Source of the DNA: Candidatus Delongbacteria bacterium
GTDB taxonomy: Bacteria > CAIWAD01
Direction of reading: 5' to 3'
NCBI GenBank assembly: GCA_963663545.1
Contig: OY760505.1
Span: 480,001-544,000, forward strand
DNA: 64,000 nt
Below are positions 30,253 through 38,969 of this stretch, piece after piece. The position numbers were made by a program, and so were the translations under genes. Positions within the stretch are counted from its first letter, which is position 1, and each line of letters starts with the position of its first letter. The notes under the pieces are model-generated. The model saw only the letters and a program-made list of their open reading frames with translations. It ran no database searches and was not told where the DNA came from.

Positions 30253-32103
30253 ATGAATTCCAATCTACTGCGCCTGTTTCTGCTCGCCGCGACAGCGCTT
30301 TCGCTCCAGGCGGAACCCCTGGATGCAATTCTGGATGGCCCGCGCCCCGGATTGCGTGCCGCAGCGGACCGCGCCTGGTTGCTGGAGGAAACAGCCGATC
30401 TGCCCACACCCGTGTGGCCTCGCCCTCGCGCAGACTGGTTGCAGGGATCGCCCAGCCCGGCGCTATTGTGGCACCGTGCCGCCATGCCCTGGCGGCTGGA
30501 ACACGAGTACCGGCACACCGAGGGGTGGGAGGGCTTGCGCGAAGCCATGGCACGCATGCTCTCCAGCCAGGCGCCTGATAGCCTGGTGCTGGAGCCGGAA
30601 GGCCTGCTGGGATTGCACCACGAAGAGCTGCTGTTCAGTCTGGATCTGCGCTTGCCGATGGGCCACTTTGAGGCCGAGACGGACGCGGAAACGCGCTCAA
30701 TAGACGAAAGTGGCATCGGCGCCGACATGGAAGTCTTCTATGGCAACAGACTTGCCGCCTGGATGCGTTTTCGCGACGCGGGCTGGTCGGGGGATCTGGA
30801 GGTGCTCGATCATCCCGCCTTCACGCAGGATGACGAATGGGCCTGGGACCAGTACCAAGTTGGCACCAAAGATGTCAGCCACGACGAAACGCGCGCCGGG
30901 CTGGTATGGATGCCCTGGCGCAAGGAGCACTCGCGTCTGCTGTTGGGCCTGCAGCGGGAGCAGGTCCGTTGGGGTACGGGCCTGTTACGCACCGTGCTGA
31001 TCAACGGGGATCACGCGCCAGCCATGTCCACGGGCGGATTTCGTCTGGATGTGGGCCATTTCGATTTTCAATGGATGACGGCAGACCTGGAAAGCCGCGT
31101 GGCCGATTCGCTGAACGCGCGCACCGATGAGTCCGGTCTGACCAAGATTCCCTTTCGCGAAAAGTGGATGATCGCTCATCGGCTGGGTTGGCATAATCGC
31201 CACTTCAGCCTGGGCGTGGGCGAAATGATCATCATGGGCGATGAAGGCGTCGGCCTGGGCTATCTCAATCCGGTCAACTTCTACTGGAGCGAACAGCACG
31301 CGCGCGGCGATCGCGAAAACACCTTGCTGCTTTTCGATGCCCGAGTGCGCGTGCCCTCGCTTGTGCCCGGCCATTGGATGCTGAACGCGGAGCTGTCGGT
31401 CGACGACTACACCATGGCCGATTGGGGCGATGAACTGGAAGGCCAGAAGACGGCCAGTTTGCTGGGCTTCTCCGGCACGCCGCTGAAGACGAGCGCCGAT
31501 CATCTGGCGATGGAGTTTTTCGGTCTGCGCCTTCCGGGCATCAGTTGGCTGACACTGGAGCAGGTTCGCGTGCGCCCCTATTTCGGCACACACTTCTACG
31601 CTGTCAGCCGTCTGGATCACGGCCTGCGCTCGCTGGGTGCCTGGGAGCACCCCAACACGCGTATCACGGAATGGGAATGGCGGCACGAACTGCTGTTGAC
31701 TCCGCGCTTCCTCGCGGCCAACCAACTATTGTTGACAACGCGTATCACGGGCGGCCATCTGGTACACGGGCAAAACTATCTGGACGAGAACGGCACGCTG
31801 GTGAATGTGGGCGGCGATCGCTTCCTGCCCCATCGCGAGTGGGCCGACGTGCAAGAAAGCCCTTTCCTGGCGGGTGTGCTAGAGACCCACGATTGGCTGA
31901 CCTTCGGCCTGGGCCTCGACTGCGCCCTGATGATGCCGGGCAAGTGGATTCCGCTACTGGGACGTCAGCGCGATCTGGTGGATCTGGGGACACTGAGTTT
32001 CGGCTGCGAATACACGCGTTGGGAATGGCGGGAATCTCCTCAGGCAGCCTTGGCCGAAGATACCGTGCTGGCCTGGTCTTTGGGATGGCAGCGTCCATTC
32101 TGA
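30253..32103 (+). CDS. Capsule assembly Wzi-like outer-membrane beta-barrel protein
   Basis: GAGG RBS, signal peptide, REQVRWGTG, IAHRLGW, YLNPVNFY, ELSVDDY and C-terminal Phe. Confidence 0.7.
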   Translation: MNSNLLRLFLLAATALSLQAEPLDAILDGPRPGLRAAADRAWLLEETADLPTPVWPRPRADWLQGSPSPALLWHRAAMPWRLEHEYRHTEGWEGLREAMARMLSSQAPDSLVLEPEGLLGLHHEELLFSLDLRLPMGHFEAETDAETRSIDESGIGADMEVFYGNRLAAWMRFRDAGWSGDLEVLDHPAFTQDDEWAWDQYQVGTKDVSHDETRAGLVWMPWRKEHSRLLLGLQREQVRWGTGLLRTVLINGDHAPAMSTGGFRLDVGHFDFQWMTADLESRVADSLNARTDESGLTKIPFREKWMIAHRLGWHNRHFSLGVGEMIIMGDEGVGLGYLNPVNFYWSEQHARGDRENTLLLFDARVRVPSLVPGHWMLNAELSVDDYTMADWGDELEGQKTASLLGFSGTPLKTSADHLAMEFFGLRLPGISWLTLEQVRVRPYFGTHFYAVSRLDHGLRSLGAWEHPNTRITEWEWRHELLLTPRFLAANQLLLTTRITGGHLVHGQNYLDENGTLVNVGGDRFLPHREWADVQESPFLAGVLETHDWLTFGLGLDCALMMPGKWIPLLGRQRDLVDLGTLSFGCEYTRWEWRESPQAALAEDTVLAWSLGWQRPF

Positions 32104-32154
32104 GCCTTGGGTGTTTGGCTTTCCCCTTTTGGAATGTCAAATTCGGTGCTTCTT

Positions 32155-32226
32155 TACCCCGTGGTGTAATTGGCAACACATCAGGTTTTGGTCCTGACGT
32201 TCCAGGTTCGAGTCCTGGCGGGGTAG
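32155..32226 (+). tRNA. tRNA-Gln (anticodon TTG), CCA not encoded
   Basis: TACCCCG/CGGGGTA acceptor stem, D arm GTGT..ACAC, anticodon arm TCAGG-TTTTGGT-CCTGA, T arm CCAGG-TTCGAGT-CCTGG. Confidence 0.97.
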
Positions 32227-32229
32227 CTG

Positions 32230-32303
32230 GCGACTTGACTCGGTCCCTAGGGGACCGCGTCAAGTCGCTTGTAGTTTTTGGCCACCCTGTGGCCAAAAAC
32301 TAC
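32230..32303. other. Two consecutive strong hairpins downstream of tRNA-Gln
   Basis: GCGACTTGACtCGGTCCC-tag-GGGACCGcGTCAAGTCGC (32230-32268) and the perfect 15-bp stem GTAGTTTTTGGCCAC-cct-GTGGCCAAAAACTAC (32271-32303). Confidence 0.85.
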
Positions 32304-32672
32304 GGCGGTTGTTTAGCTAACGGCTAGAAATCGGGGCGTGGCCCCGAGAAGAATCGGAAATCAGTCGAAACAAACAGAACACGCGGACTACAACCCTGTG
32401 GCCAAAAACTACGGCGGTTGTTTAGCTAACGGCTAGAAATCGGGGCGTGGCCCCGAGAAGAATCGGAAATCAGTCGAAACAAACAGAACACGCGGACTAC
32501 AACCCTGTGGCCAAAAACTACGGCGGTTGTTTAGCTAGCGGCTAGAAATCGGGACGTGGCCCCGAGAAGAATCGGAAATCAGTCGAAACAAACAGAACAC
32601 GCGGACTACAACCCTGTGGCCAAAAACTACGGCGGCTGTTTAGCTAACGGCTAGAAATCGGGGCGTAGCCCC
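32284..32672. repeat. 109-bp tandem repeat, ~3.6 copies
   Basis: Units start at 32284, 32393, 32502 and 32611 (partial). Two substitutions each in units 3 and 4. Bracketed by the 19-bp direct repeat GGGGACCGCGTCAAGTCGC (32250-32268 and 32675-32693). Confidence 0.97.
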
Positions 32673-32885
32673 AGGGGGACCGCGTCAAGTCGCGCGGTCT
32701 GGTGAGTCGAAATAGTGGGTACGCCATTGGGCGCCGCGTCTACAGGATGCAATTGGTTGACTGTCTGCTTGGCGTACTAAAACAAGGATGATCAGCCGGA
32801 CGACGCATCAGCAAACCTTCTTACTCAAAATCCTCTTTCTTCCTTGGCGATCTTTGCGAGCTCTGCGAGATGCACCTCTTCAAGC

Positions 32886-33242
32886 TTACTTGAACAGCAA
32901 GCCCCGGAACAGGAAGAAGACGGCACCCAGCAGGCAAAGGCCAGCCCACAAGTAATCGAGGCTAAGTCGCTCGCGCAGATAGAAAAGGGAGAAGGGCACA
33001 AAGACGCTCAGGGTAATCACTTCCTGCAGGAGTTTCAGCTGGCCGACGCTAAGCACTTGATGGCCGATTCGGTTGGCGGGCACTTGTAGCAGATACTCGA
33101 AAAGCGCGATGCCCCAACTGATCAGCGCCGCCACAACCCAGCCGCGGTGCGACAAGTTGCGCAAATGACCGTACCAGGCAAAGGTCATAAAGACGTTGCT
33201 CAAGCAGAGCATCAGCACCGTCAGTCCTACCGGACGCAGCAT
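32886..33242 (-). CDS. DMT family protein (DUF486-type)
   Basis: SNVFMTFAWYGHL, SWGIALFEYLLQVPANRIG and QLKLLQEVITL. ATG 33242 with GGGGAG RBS. Confidence 0.93.
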   Translation of the reverse strand: MLRPVGLTVLMLCLSNVFMTFAWYGHLRNLSHRGWVVAALISWGIALFEYLLQVPANRIGHQVLSVGQLKLLQEVITLSVFVPFSLFYLRERLSLDYLWAGLCLLGAVFFLFRGLLFK

Positions 33243-33264
33243 ATCGCTCCCCCTTGTCTCACGG

Positions 33265-35013
33265 TCAAACGGCTTCTCCGCGCGAAGGGCCGGAACGGTC
33301 CGCCACCTGCCAGGCCAGCGGATCTTCGGCGGGAGCGGGAGTCTCCTCCACCTGCGGCGGTTCTCCCAATGGCATGTGCAGCGAAAGAATCGCACGGTCC
33401 GCACTCCAGAACACGCGAGCGTCGCCCAGCTCTTCACGCAGGCCCGTACGCACCAACAGATGTTCTACGCGCGGCTGCATGCCCGTCAGCAGCATGTCTC
33501 CTCCACCGGCGAGTTGACGCTGCCAGAGCTCGCGCAGCACCTGCACACCGGTCGCGTCAATCAGTGATACACCGCGCATGGAAAGAATGAGAATCGCATC
33601 GGCGCTGGTCTCGGCCTCGACGCGTTCGAACAGGCGACGCGCCGCAGCGAAGAAGAGCGGTCCGCTGGTGTAATACACTTTCACCGGCTGCGAGGGAGGA
33701 CGGAAGCCTTCCGCATCACGGCCAAGGCGCGTGTGATCCAATTCCTGACTGCTGATGTGCAGGCCTGATACCTGGGACATGAAGACCAATGCGCTGAAGC
33801 CGAAGCCGATGACGATCGCCTGGGTAAGATCCAGCACAACCGTAGCCAGCAGCGTAAGCGCAAAAGCACCGATGGCGTGTTTCAGCCTGCGCTCGAAATA
33901 GAAGCGGATGGTCTTCCACTCGTTCATCTGCCAGGCCGTCACCAACAGAATGCCCGCCAGTGCAGCCAGCGGAACGCGACTCATCCAGGGCGCAATGAGC
34001 ATCACAACGGCCAGTAGCACCAGTCCGTGAAAGATAGGCGCCATGCGTGTTACACCACCGGAGCGAATGTTAACACTAGTACGCGCAATGGCCGCCGTAG
34101 CCGGAACGCCACCGAAGAAGGGAATGAGGAAGTTGGCCAGTCCCTGCGCAATCAGCTCCAGACTGGTGTGCAGACGAATCCCCGTCGCGTTTCCGGCCAC
34201 CGCTCCGCAGAGCAGGCTCTCGATGGCTCCCAGGGCGGCGATCGAGCAGGCGGGTACCAGCAAGTGTCCCATGCGCGTCAGACCGAAATCCTGCAAACGC
34301 AACCCGTGATCCAGGACAATGCTGCGCGGAATTTCGCCAATGGTAGTGAGTTCCCACCCCGTCAGATTTGCCAGCACAGTGGCCACAATCAGCGCTACCA
34401 GTGAGCCGGGCACACGGCTTTTTTTCACCATGCGCGGCCAGAGCAGCATCAGCCCAATGACCAAGGTCGTGATACAAAGACTGGGAAAATGGGGTAGGTC
34501 ACCCAGTCGAAGATGGGTCCAAAGAGCGAACAAGGGGGATTCGCCGCCCCGTGCAGGCAAGCCGAAAGCCGAGTCCACCTGACCCAATGCAATCAGGATG
34601 GCGATGCCGCTGGTGAATCCCGTGATGACCGGCGCTGGAATCAGGTTGACGACACGCCCCATGCGCAGCAGGCCCAGCAGAATCAGGATCAGTCCGGCCA
34701 TCGCACCCGCAAGCCAGACGGAGCTCAAGCCTTCGCGCATGGCCAGCAGTAGTAGAATGGCTGACATGGCGCCCGTAGGACCGGAGACCTGATAAGGTGC
34801 GCCGCCAAGGATTCCGATCAGCACGCCCGCCAGAACAGCGGTGACCAGACCTGCAGCAGCATCAGCACCCGAAGCGATTCCGAAGGCGAGAGCCAAAGGC
34901 AGCGCGACCGCCGCGACGGTCATGCCCGCCAGCAGGTCGCTGCGAAGTGTGGAAAGGGAATAAGCGGCGAACTCACGCCGCCACAACGAAAGGAGGTCAC
35001 GGAAGTAGATCAT
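33265..35013 (-). CDS. SulP family anion transporter with STAS domain
   Basis: DLLAGMTVAAVALPLALAFG, QVSGPTGAM, ATAAIART and GPLFFAAA..IDATG. ATG 35013. Confidence 0.95.
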   Translation of the reverse strand: MIYFRDLLSLWRREFAAYSLSTLRSDLLAGMTVAAVALPLALAFGIASGADAAAGLVTAVLAGVLIGILGGAPYQVSGPTGAMSAILLLLAMREGLSSVWLAGAMAGLILILLGLLRMGRVVNLIPAPVITGFTSGIAILIALGQVDSAFGLPARGGESPLFALWTHLRLGDLPHFPSLCITTLVIGLMLLWPRMVKKSRVPGSLVALIVATVLANLTGWELTTIGEIPRSIVLDHGLRLQDFGLTRMGHLLVPACSIAALGAIESLLCGAVAGNATGIRLHTSLELIAQGLANFLIPFFGGVPATAAIARTSVNIRSGGVTRMAPIFHGLVLLAVVMLIAPWMSRVPLAALAGILLVTAWQMNEWKTIRFYFERRLKHAIGAFALTLLATVVLDLTQAIVIGFGFSALVFMSQVSGLHISSQELDHTRLGRDAEGFRPPSQPVKVYYTSGPLFFAAARRLFERVEAETSADAILILSMRGVSLIDATGVQVLRELWQRQLAGGGDMLLTGMQPRVEHLLVRTGLREELGDARVFWSADRAILSLHMPLGEPPQVEETPAPAEDPLAWQVADRSGPSRGEAV

Positions 35014-35293
35014 GCAATTCTCCGGCGGCGGCATCACCCGTCGACCAACCATACTGCCGGGGAAATCCGACCCGGCACCGGCCAGTCGCTCCCGTCAACC
35101 GGTGGCGGCTGTGTCAGAAAAAGGCGGTGAATGAGCAAATATTTCGGGAGATAAACAAGCTCAAGTCCTACTTCATTCTGCTCCATCTCTCGTCTTGGCG
35201 TGTAGAATGCATCTGAACAGGATGAAGTGTCGAGGTCTCAGATGCGCCGGGCCAGCCAGCACAGTAGTGAAGATGATCTGAGAGTGTGTCACT

Positions 35294-37477
35294 CTACAAC
35301 CAGATTTTCCAGACCAGCCGGAAGGTGCGGCCCGCCTCGGGCATCACACTGCGAATGCGGCTCAAATGTTGGCGATACTCCTGATCCAACAGGTTTTCGA
35401 CGCGTAGCTGAATGCGCTGCAAACCGTCATGTAGCGGCAGAGTCCAGGCCAGATCAGCATCCAGTCGCAGCCAGCCAGCGGTGCGCGCCTCCGGAATAGC
35501 CTCCGGATCCTCGGCCAGATAGACGCGCTCCTGCGGCAGCGCGGCCCAGGCCTCCACTCCATAACGCCAGCACTGCTGATTGTGATGCACGCCCAGCAAC
35601 CCGCTTAGTGGAGGCATTTCCGGGAGCGGCCCGCCATCAACCAGCGTCCCCCGCACATAGGACAGGCTGGCATCCAACTCATAAGCCGCCAGATCTCCGT
35701 GATACGAGAACTCGGCACCGCACATGCGCGCATCACGGCTCATAATGCGGTACTCGTACAAATCGGCACGTCGTGAAGAGAGTTGCCCCGTGAATGAGGG
35801 AAAGAGGTAGTCGTGATACCAGGTGTGGAAAAAGTTGAGCTCGGCACGCGTATGCGGGTGCGCTAGTTTGATGGGAAGCTCCAAAGAAAAGGCGCGCTCG
35901 CTGCCAGCTTCCGGATTGCCGATCTCGTAGGAATAGGCCGCCAGGTGCGGTCCGCCGCTGAACAATTCCAGCGAGGTGGGCGGACGCATAGCGTATTGCA
36001 ACAGCAGGCCGCTCTCAATTGTTGTATCACCCGGCTTCCAGGCTGGCGCGTGCCATTCCAGTGCTCCACTCAGCCCCGAAAAGGTGCGAGTGCGTATATG
36101 GCCCACTACACTGCTGACACGCTCTTCATCGGGTTGGATGCGGTTGTACTCGGCCCGTAGTGCGCCACGCAACCGCTGTTCGCCCCATTGTGCTTCCTTC
36201 AGCCAAGCTATGGACACTCGCCATTCGTCGGTATCCGGTGCGTGACTCAAACCACCGGTGGCGAAATCGCGAAACTCGGCGGACGCCCTCAGCCGTGATC
36301 CGCAGCTTCCCTCCGTATCACACAGACGCAGCTCCAGTTCCTGCAGTACGGACAACACACCAAAGTCAATGCCCAGTTGACCGCTGGACTCGTACTCCGC
36401 ATGGTAATAGCGCACCAGCGCCAACCGATAGCTGGACTGTGATACAAAGGGAAGATGGCCGCTTTCCTTCACTCCCAGATGCACCGTGCGTTGTTGCATA
36501 TGAATACTGACGCCATTGGGATGTGCTCCGACGAAGCCACCGGGAATGCCGTAATCGCTATTGTAGCCACTTAGTGAGAGATCAGCCCCCAGGTTTGTGT
36601 CACCGATTGCGATCCCAAGGCCACCATTGGCTGTTTCCAGGGAGCTATTGTCCAGATCGCCGATGGGCGTATTCACATCGCTGCTTCGTCTCAGCGCTCC
36701 ATCCGCCACCAGGCCAAGTCCATGCAGACTGTGCTTGACGCGAGCCGATACTCCACGGGCCATGCTGGCGGAGTCGAAGAAGAGGCCGGCATTCAACTCC
36801 TGCTTTCCAGCTTCGGCCTGCAAGCCGCGCTCAACGTCCACGACTCCGCCTACTGCCGGACTGTAGAGCAGTGCATCGGCGCCTCTTAGCAGGACGACCC
36901 CATGTGCCGCCAGCGGCTCAATGGCCACCGCGTGATCCGCGCTGGTTGCTGAGAGATCGCCTGTGGGTAAACCATCCTCCAGCAACTGCAGCCGATCACC
37001 GGATAGACCGCGTAACACGGGCCGCGCCGGTGCCGGTCCCATCGAGCGCCGTGACACACCTGCCTCCTGTTCCAAAGTTTCTGCCAGCGTCAACCCGATT
37101 TCCTGTTGCAGTTCGGCCTCGTCAAGTACAAGCCGCGTCTCACGCTGCTCGCGATCCCGCTGCACTTCAAGGGTAATTGCCTCCAGCTCAAGCGTCGACC
37201 TTTGCATCTGGATGTGCTGTGTCACACCAGGAACAGCAAAAAGCCACTGCCGCTGATAGCCCAGGCAACTCACCAGCAAACTATCTCCCGCACCGGGCCA
37301 GCGATCAATTTGAAAACGCCCTTCCAGATCACTGGCAGTTCCGATTGTTCCGTGTACCTGCTGCAGATTGGCTCCGGAAACCGGCGCACCTTCTCTATCG
37401 GTTATGATTCCCTGTAACACCGCAGCCTGTATGGATAGCGGCAGCAGCAGATAGAAAACGATCCACTTGTATCTCAT
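35294..37477 (-). CDS. TonB-dependent receptor (ZnuD-like plug, N-terminal carboxypeptidase-regulatory-like domain)
   Basis: Signal peptide, MGPAPARPVLRGLSGDRL, ADHAVAIEP, ELFSGGPHLAAYSYEIGNP and NLLDQEYRQHLSR..PEAGR. Confidence 0.92.
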   Translation of the reverse strand: MRYKWIVFYLLLPLSIQAAVLQGIITDREGAPVSGANLQQVHGTIGTASDLEGRFQIDRWPGAGDSLLVSCLGYQRQWLFAVPGVTQHIQMQRSTLELEAITLEVQRDREQRETRLVLDEAELQQEIGLTLAETLEQEAGVSRRSMGPAPARPVLRGLSGDRLQLLEDGLPTGDLSATSADHAVAIEPLAAHGVVLLRGADALLYSPAVGGVVDVERGLQAEAGKQELNAGLFFDSASMARGVSARVKHSLHGLGLVADGALRRSSDVNTPIGDLDNSSLETANGGLGIAIGDTNLGADLSLSGYNSDYGIPGGFVGAHPNGVSIHMQQRTVHLGVKESGHLPFVSQSSYRLALVRYYHAEYESSGQLGIDFGVLSVLQELELRLCDTEGSCGSRLRASAEFRDFATGGLSHAPDTDEWRVSIAWLKEAQWGEQRLRGALRAEYNRIQPDEERVSSVVGHIRTRTFSGLSGALEWHAPAWKPGDTTIESGLLLQYAMRPPTSLELFSGGPHLAAYSYEIGNPEAGSERAFSLELPIKLAHPHTRAELNFFHTWYHDYLFPSFTGQLSSRRADLYEYRIMSRDARMCGAEFSYHGDLAAYELDASLSYVRGTLVDGGPLPEMPPLSGLLGVHHNQQCWRYGVEAWAALPQERVYLAEDPEAIPEARTAGWLRLDADLAWTLPLHDGLQRIQLRVENLLDQEYRQHLSRIRSVMPEAGRTFRLVWKIWL

Positions 37478-37488
37478 GATTCACTCCA

Positions 37489-37516
37489 AAGTCAGGGGCC
37501 TTGCGGCCCCCGACTT
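37489..37516. other. Intergenic hairpin between lipoprotein and TonB receptor genes
   Basis: AAGTCAGGGGCC-ttgc-GGCCCCCGACTT, adjacent to the receptor RBS. Confidence 0.65.
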
Positions 37517-37528
37517 CTGTTGCGTTAG

Positions 37529-38338
37529 CTATTGCATCACCACTGGTATCTGCGGACTGGTGTAATGGAAGTGGTCGCCGTGTGCAAGCCGGATCTGCAA
37601 ACTGTCGCTGCCCGCGGCGCTGCTGCTGCAGGCCAGGTTCCAACCGTCGACTGTAACACTCAGCAAACTGCCGTCACTAAGGTTGGCCACCAGGTAGTGG
37701 TCCGCGTCCGGCTGGAAGGTGGTGCCGTCCTCGTCGAAGAACCAGCACTCAACCGCCAGACCCGCAGTGGGAACCTGCAGCGTACCTGTCACCGTGTCAT
37801 TTGCGTTGCAGCAGACCAGAGTATCACTGTCCTGCATCAGCAATAGGCCGACGGGTTCGGTGTGATACCCTTCGCTGTGTGTCACAATCAATGGCAGTTC
37901 AGGACTCAGGTAGTCGTCGTGGTCCTCGTGCAGAATGGCCACGCGTAGTGCACTGCTTTCTGCTTCCACACCTTCTACCGTAAAGGACCAGTTGGCCGTA
38001 TCGACGGTGATGTCGGCCACCAGTGTGCTGTAACGCAGCTCCAGGCTGTGGTCGCCATCCTCATCCGTCTCGGGACGGAACCAGTTGCCTTCGTCATCCA
38101 GAAAGTGAACCAGAATCGGACCCAGAGTGGCGCCTTCGGCCACTTCAACTCCTCCGCTGACATCGGCTGCATCAGCCGACGTGGCCATTGCCAATGTATC
38201 ACCGTCCATCACCAAGGCCACACCAACGGCATCCATGTGCTCGCTATGGCTATCGGAGGCGGGATTATCATCGTCGCTGCAACTCACCATCAGCAGCGAA
38301 ACAAGAAGAACAAGCAGTCCAGTTATTGTCGTGCGCAT
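37529..38338 (-). CDS. His-containing lipoprotein with two tandem homologous domains (putative metal-binding)
   Basis: Lipobox MVSC and SHSEH. Repeated H-x-[DE]-x-VG ... H-x-DH-x-x-Y-x-SP modules. ATG 38338 with GAGG RBS. Confidence 0.8.
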   Translation of the reverse strand: MRTTITGLLVLLVSLLMVSCSDDDNPASDSHSEHMDAVGVALVMDGDTLAMATSADAADVSGGVEVAEGATLGPILVHFLDDEGNWFRPETDEDGDHSLELRYSTLVADITVDTANWSFTVEGVEAESSALRVAILHEDHDDYLSPELPLIVTHSEGYHTEPVGLLLMQDSDTLVCCNANDTVTGTLQVPTAGLAVECWFFDEDGTTFQPDADHYLVANLSDGSLLSVTVDGWNLACSSSAAGSDSLQIRLAHGDHFHYTSPQIPVVMQ

Positions 38339-38518
38339 TTGTTTTACCTCGCAAAGGGGTGCTCCGGGTGACTCGCACACCGGAGACATGTGTAACACAC
38401 CTTCCCCAAGCGCAATCGCTCTCGGGCAAGTGTGAATTGGACACGTAGTCGCAAGAGCCGAACACGGACGGATACTAGCATCCGCCTTGTGTGCAGGACT
38501 CGCGACAGAAGAATTCGA

Positions 38519-38830
38519 CTATGTGAGGTAGGACAAAGGCGGAGCGCGTGCGGATGCGGCCCGGGGCAGTTCGCAGCCAGCCTTGCTGAACTCAGCCTCC
38601 GGCAGTGGCGCGTAATACAGCCTGGGCGCGGTTTCGATGAGTGGAATGACCGTATCACCGTGCGCCTGGGTCAGCGTCTCCACCGGACAGGGGTCCAGGT
38701 GTTTGTGCCAGCTCTGCTCGTGATAGTGGCCGTGAATGGTGTGGTGGTGATGCAAATCGGGCGCAAGCATCAGCAGCAGGTAGCTAACCAGTAGCAGAAT
38801 GCGTGCTCTTCGACTACAGAGGGACTTCAT
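38519..38830 (-). CDS. His-rich DUF2946/CruR-like upstream ORF with C-terminal RAPP motif
   Basis: 103 aa: basic N-terminus, hydrophobic helix, HHHHTIHGHYHEQSWHKH, CPVE and ARAPP five residues before the stop. Lies upstream of the lipoprotein-TBDR genes. Confidence 0.75.
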   Translation of the reverse strand: MKSLCSRRARILLLVSYLLLMLAPDLHHHHTIHGHYHEQSWHKHLDPCPVETLTQAHGDTVIPLIETAPRLYYAPLPEAEFSKAGCELPRAASARAPPLSYLT

Positions 38831-38969
38831 CGCATCACCAAGTTTGGAGGCACAAAGAAACGAAGCTCAGCGCACAATCGCAAGGTTGTGAAAAAAGCGA
38901 GGCCCTGCCTAAGCTGGACCCCGCTTTCCAGGGAGAAAGACATGAGGGAAAAAGGAGGTGTACTTGTTG

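Noticed and set aside
32284..32672. CRISPR array
   Set aside because: Units are near-identical over the full 109 bp, there are no unique spacers, and no cas genes are in the window.
32284..32672. Hammerhead ribozyme array (several GAAA motifs)
   Set aside because: No CUGANGA core on either strand of the unit.
32155..32700. Prophage or genomic island integrated at tRNA-Gln
   Set aside because: No integrase, and I saw no duplicated tRNA 3' end (att site) elsewhere in the window.
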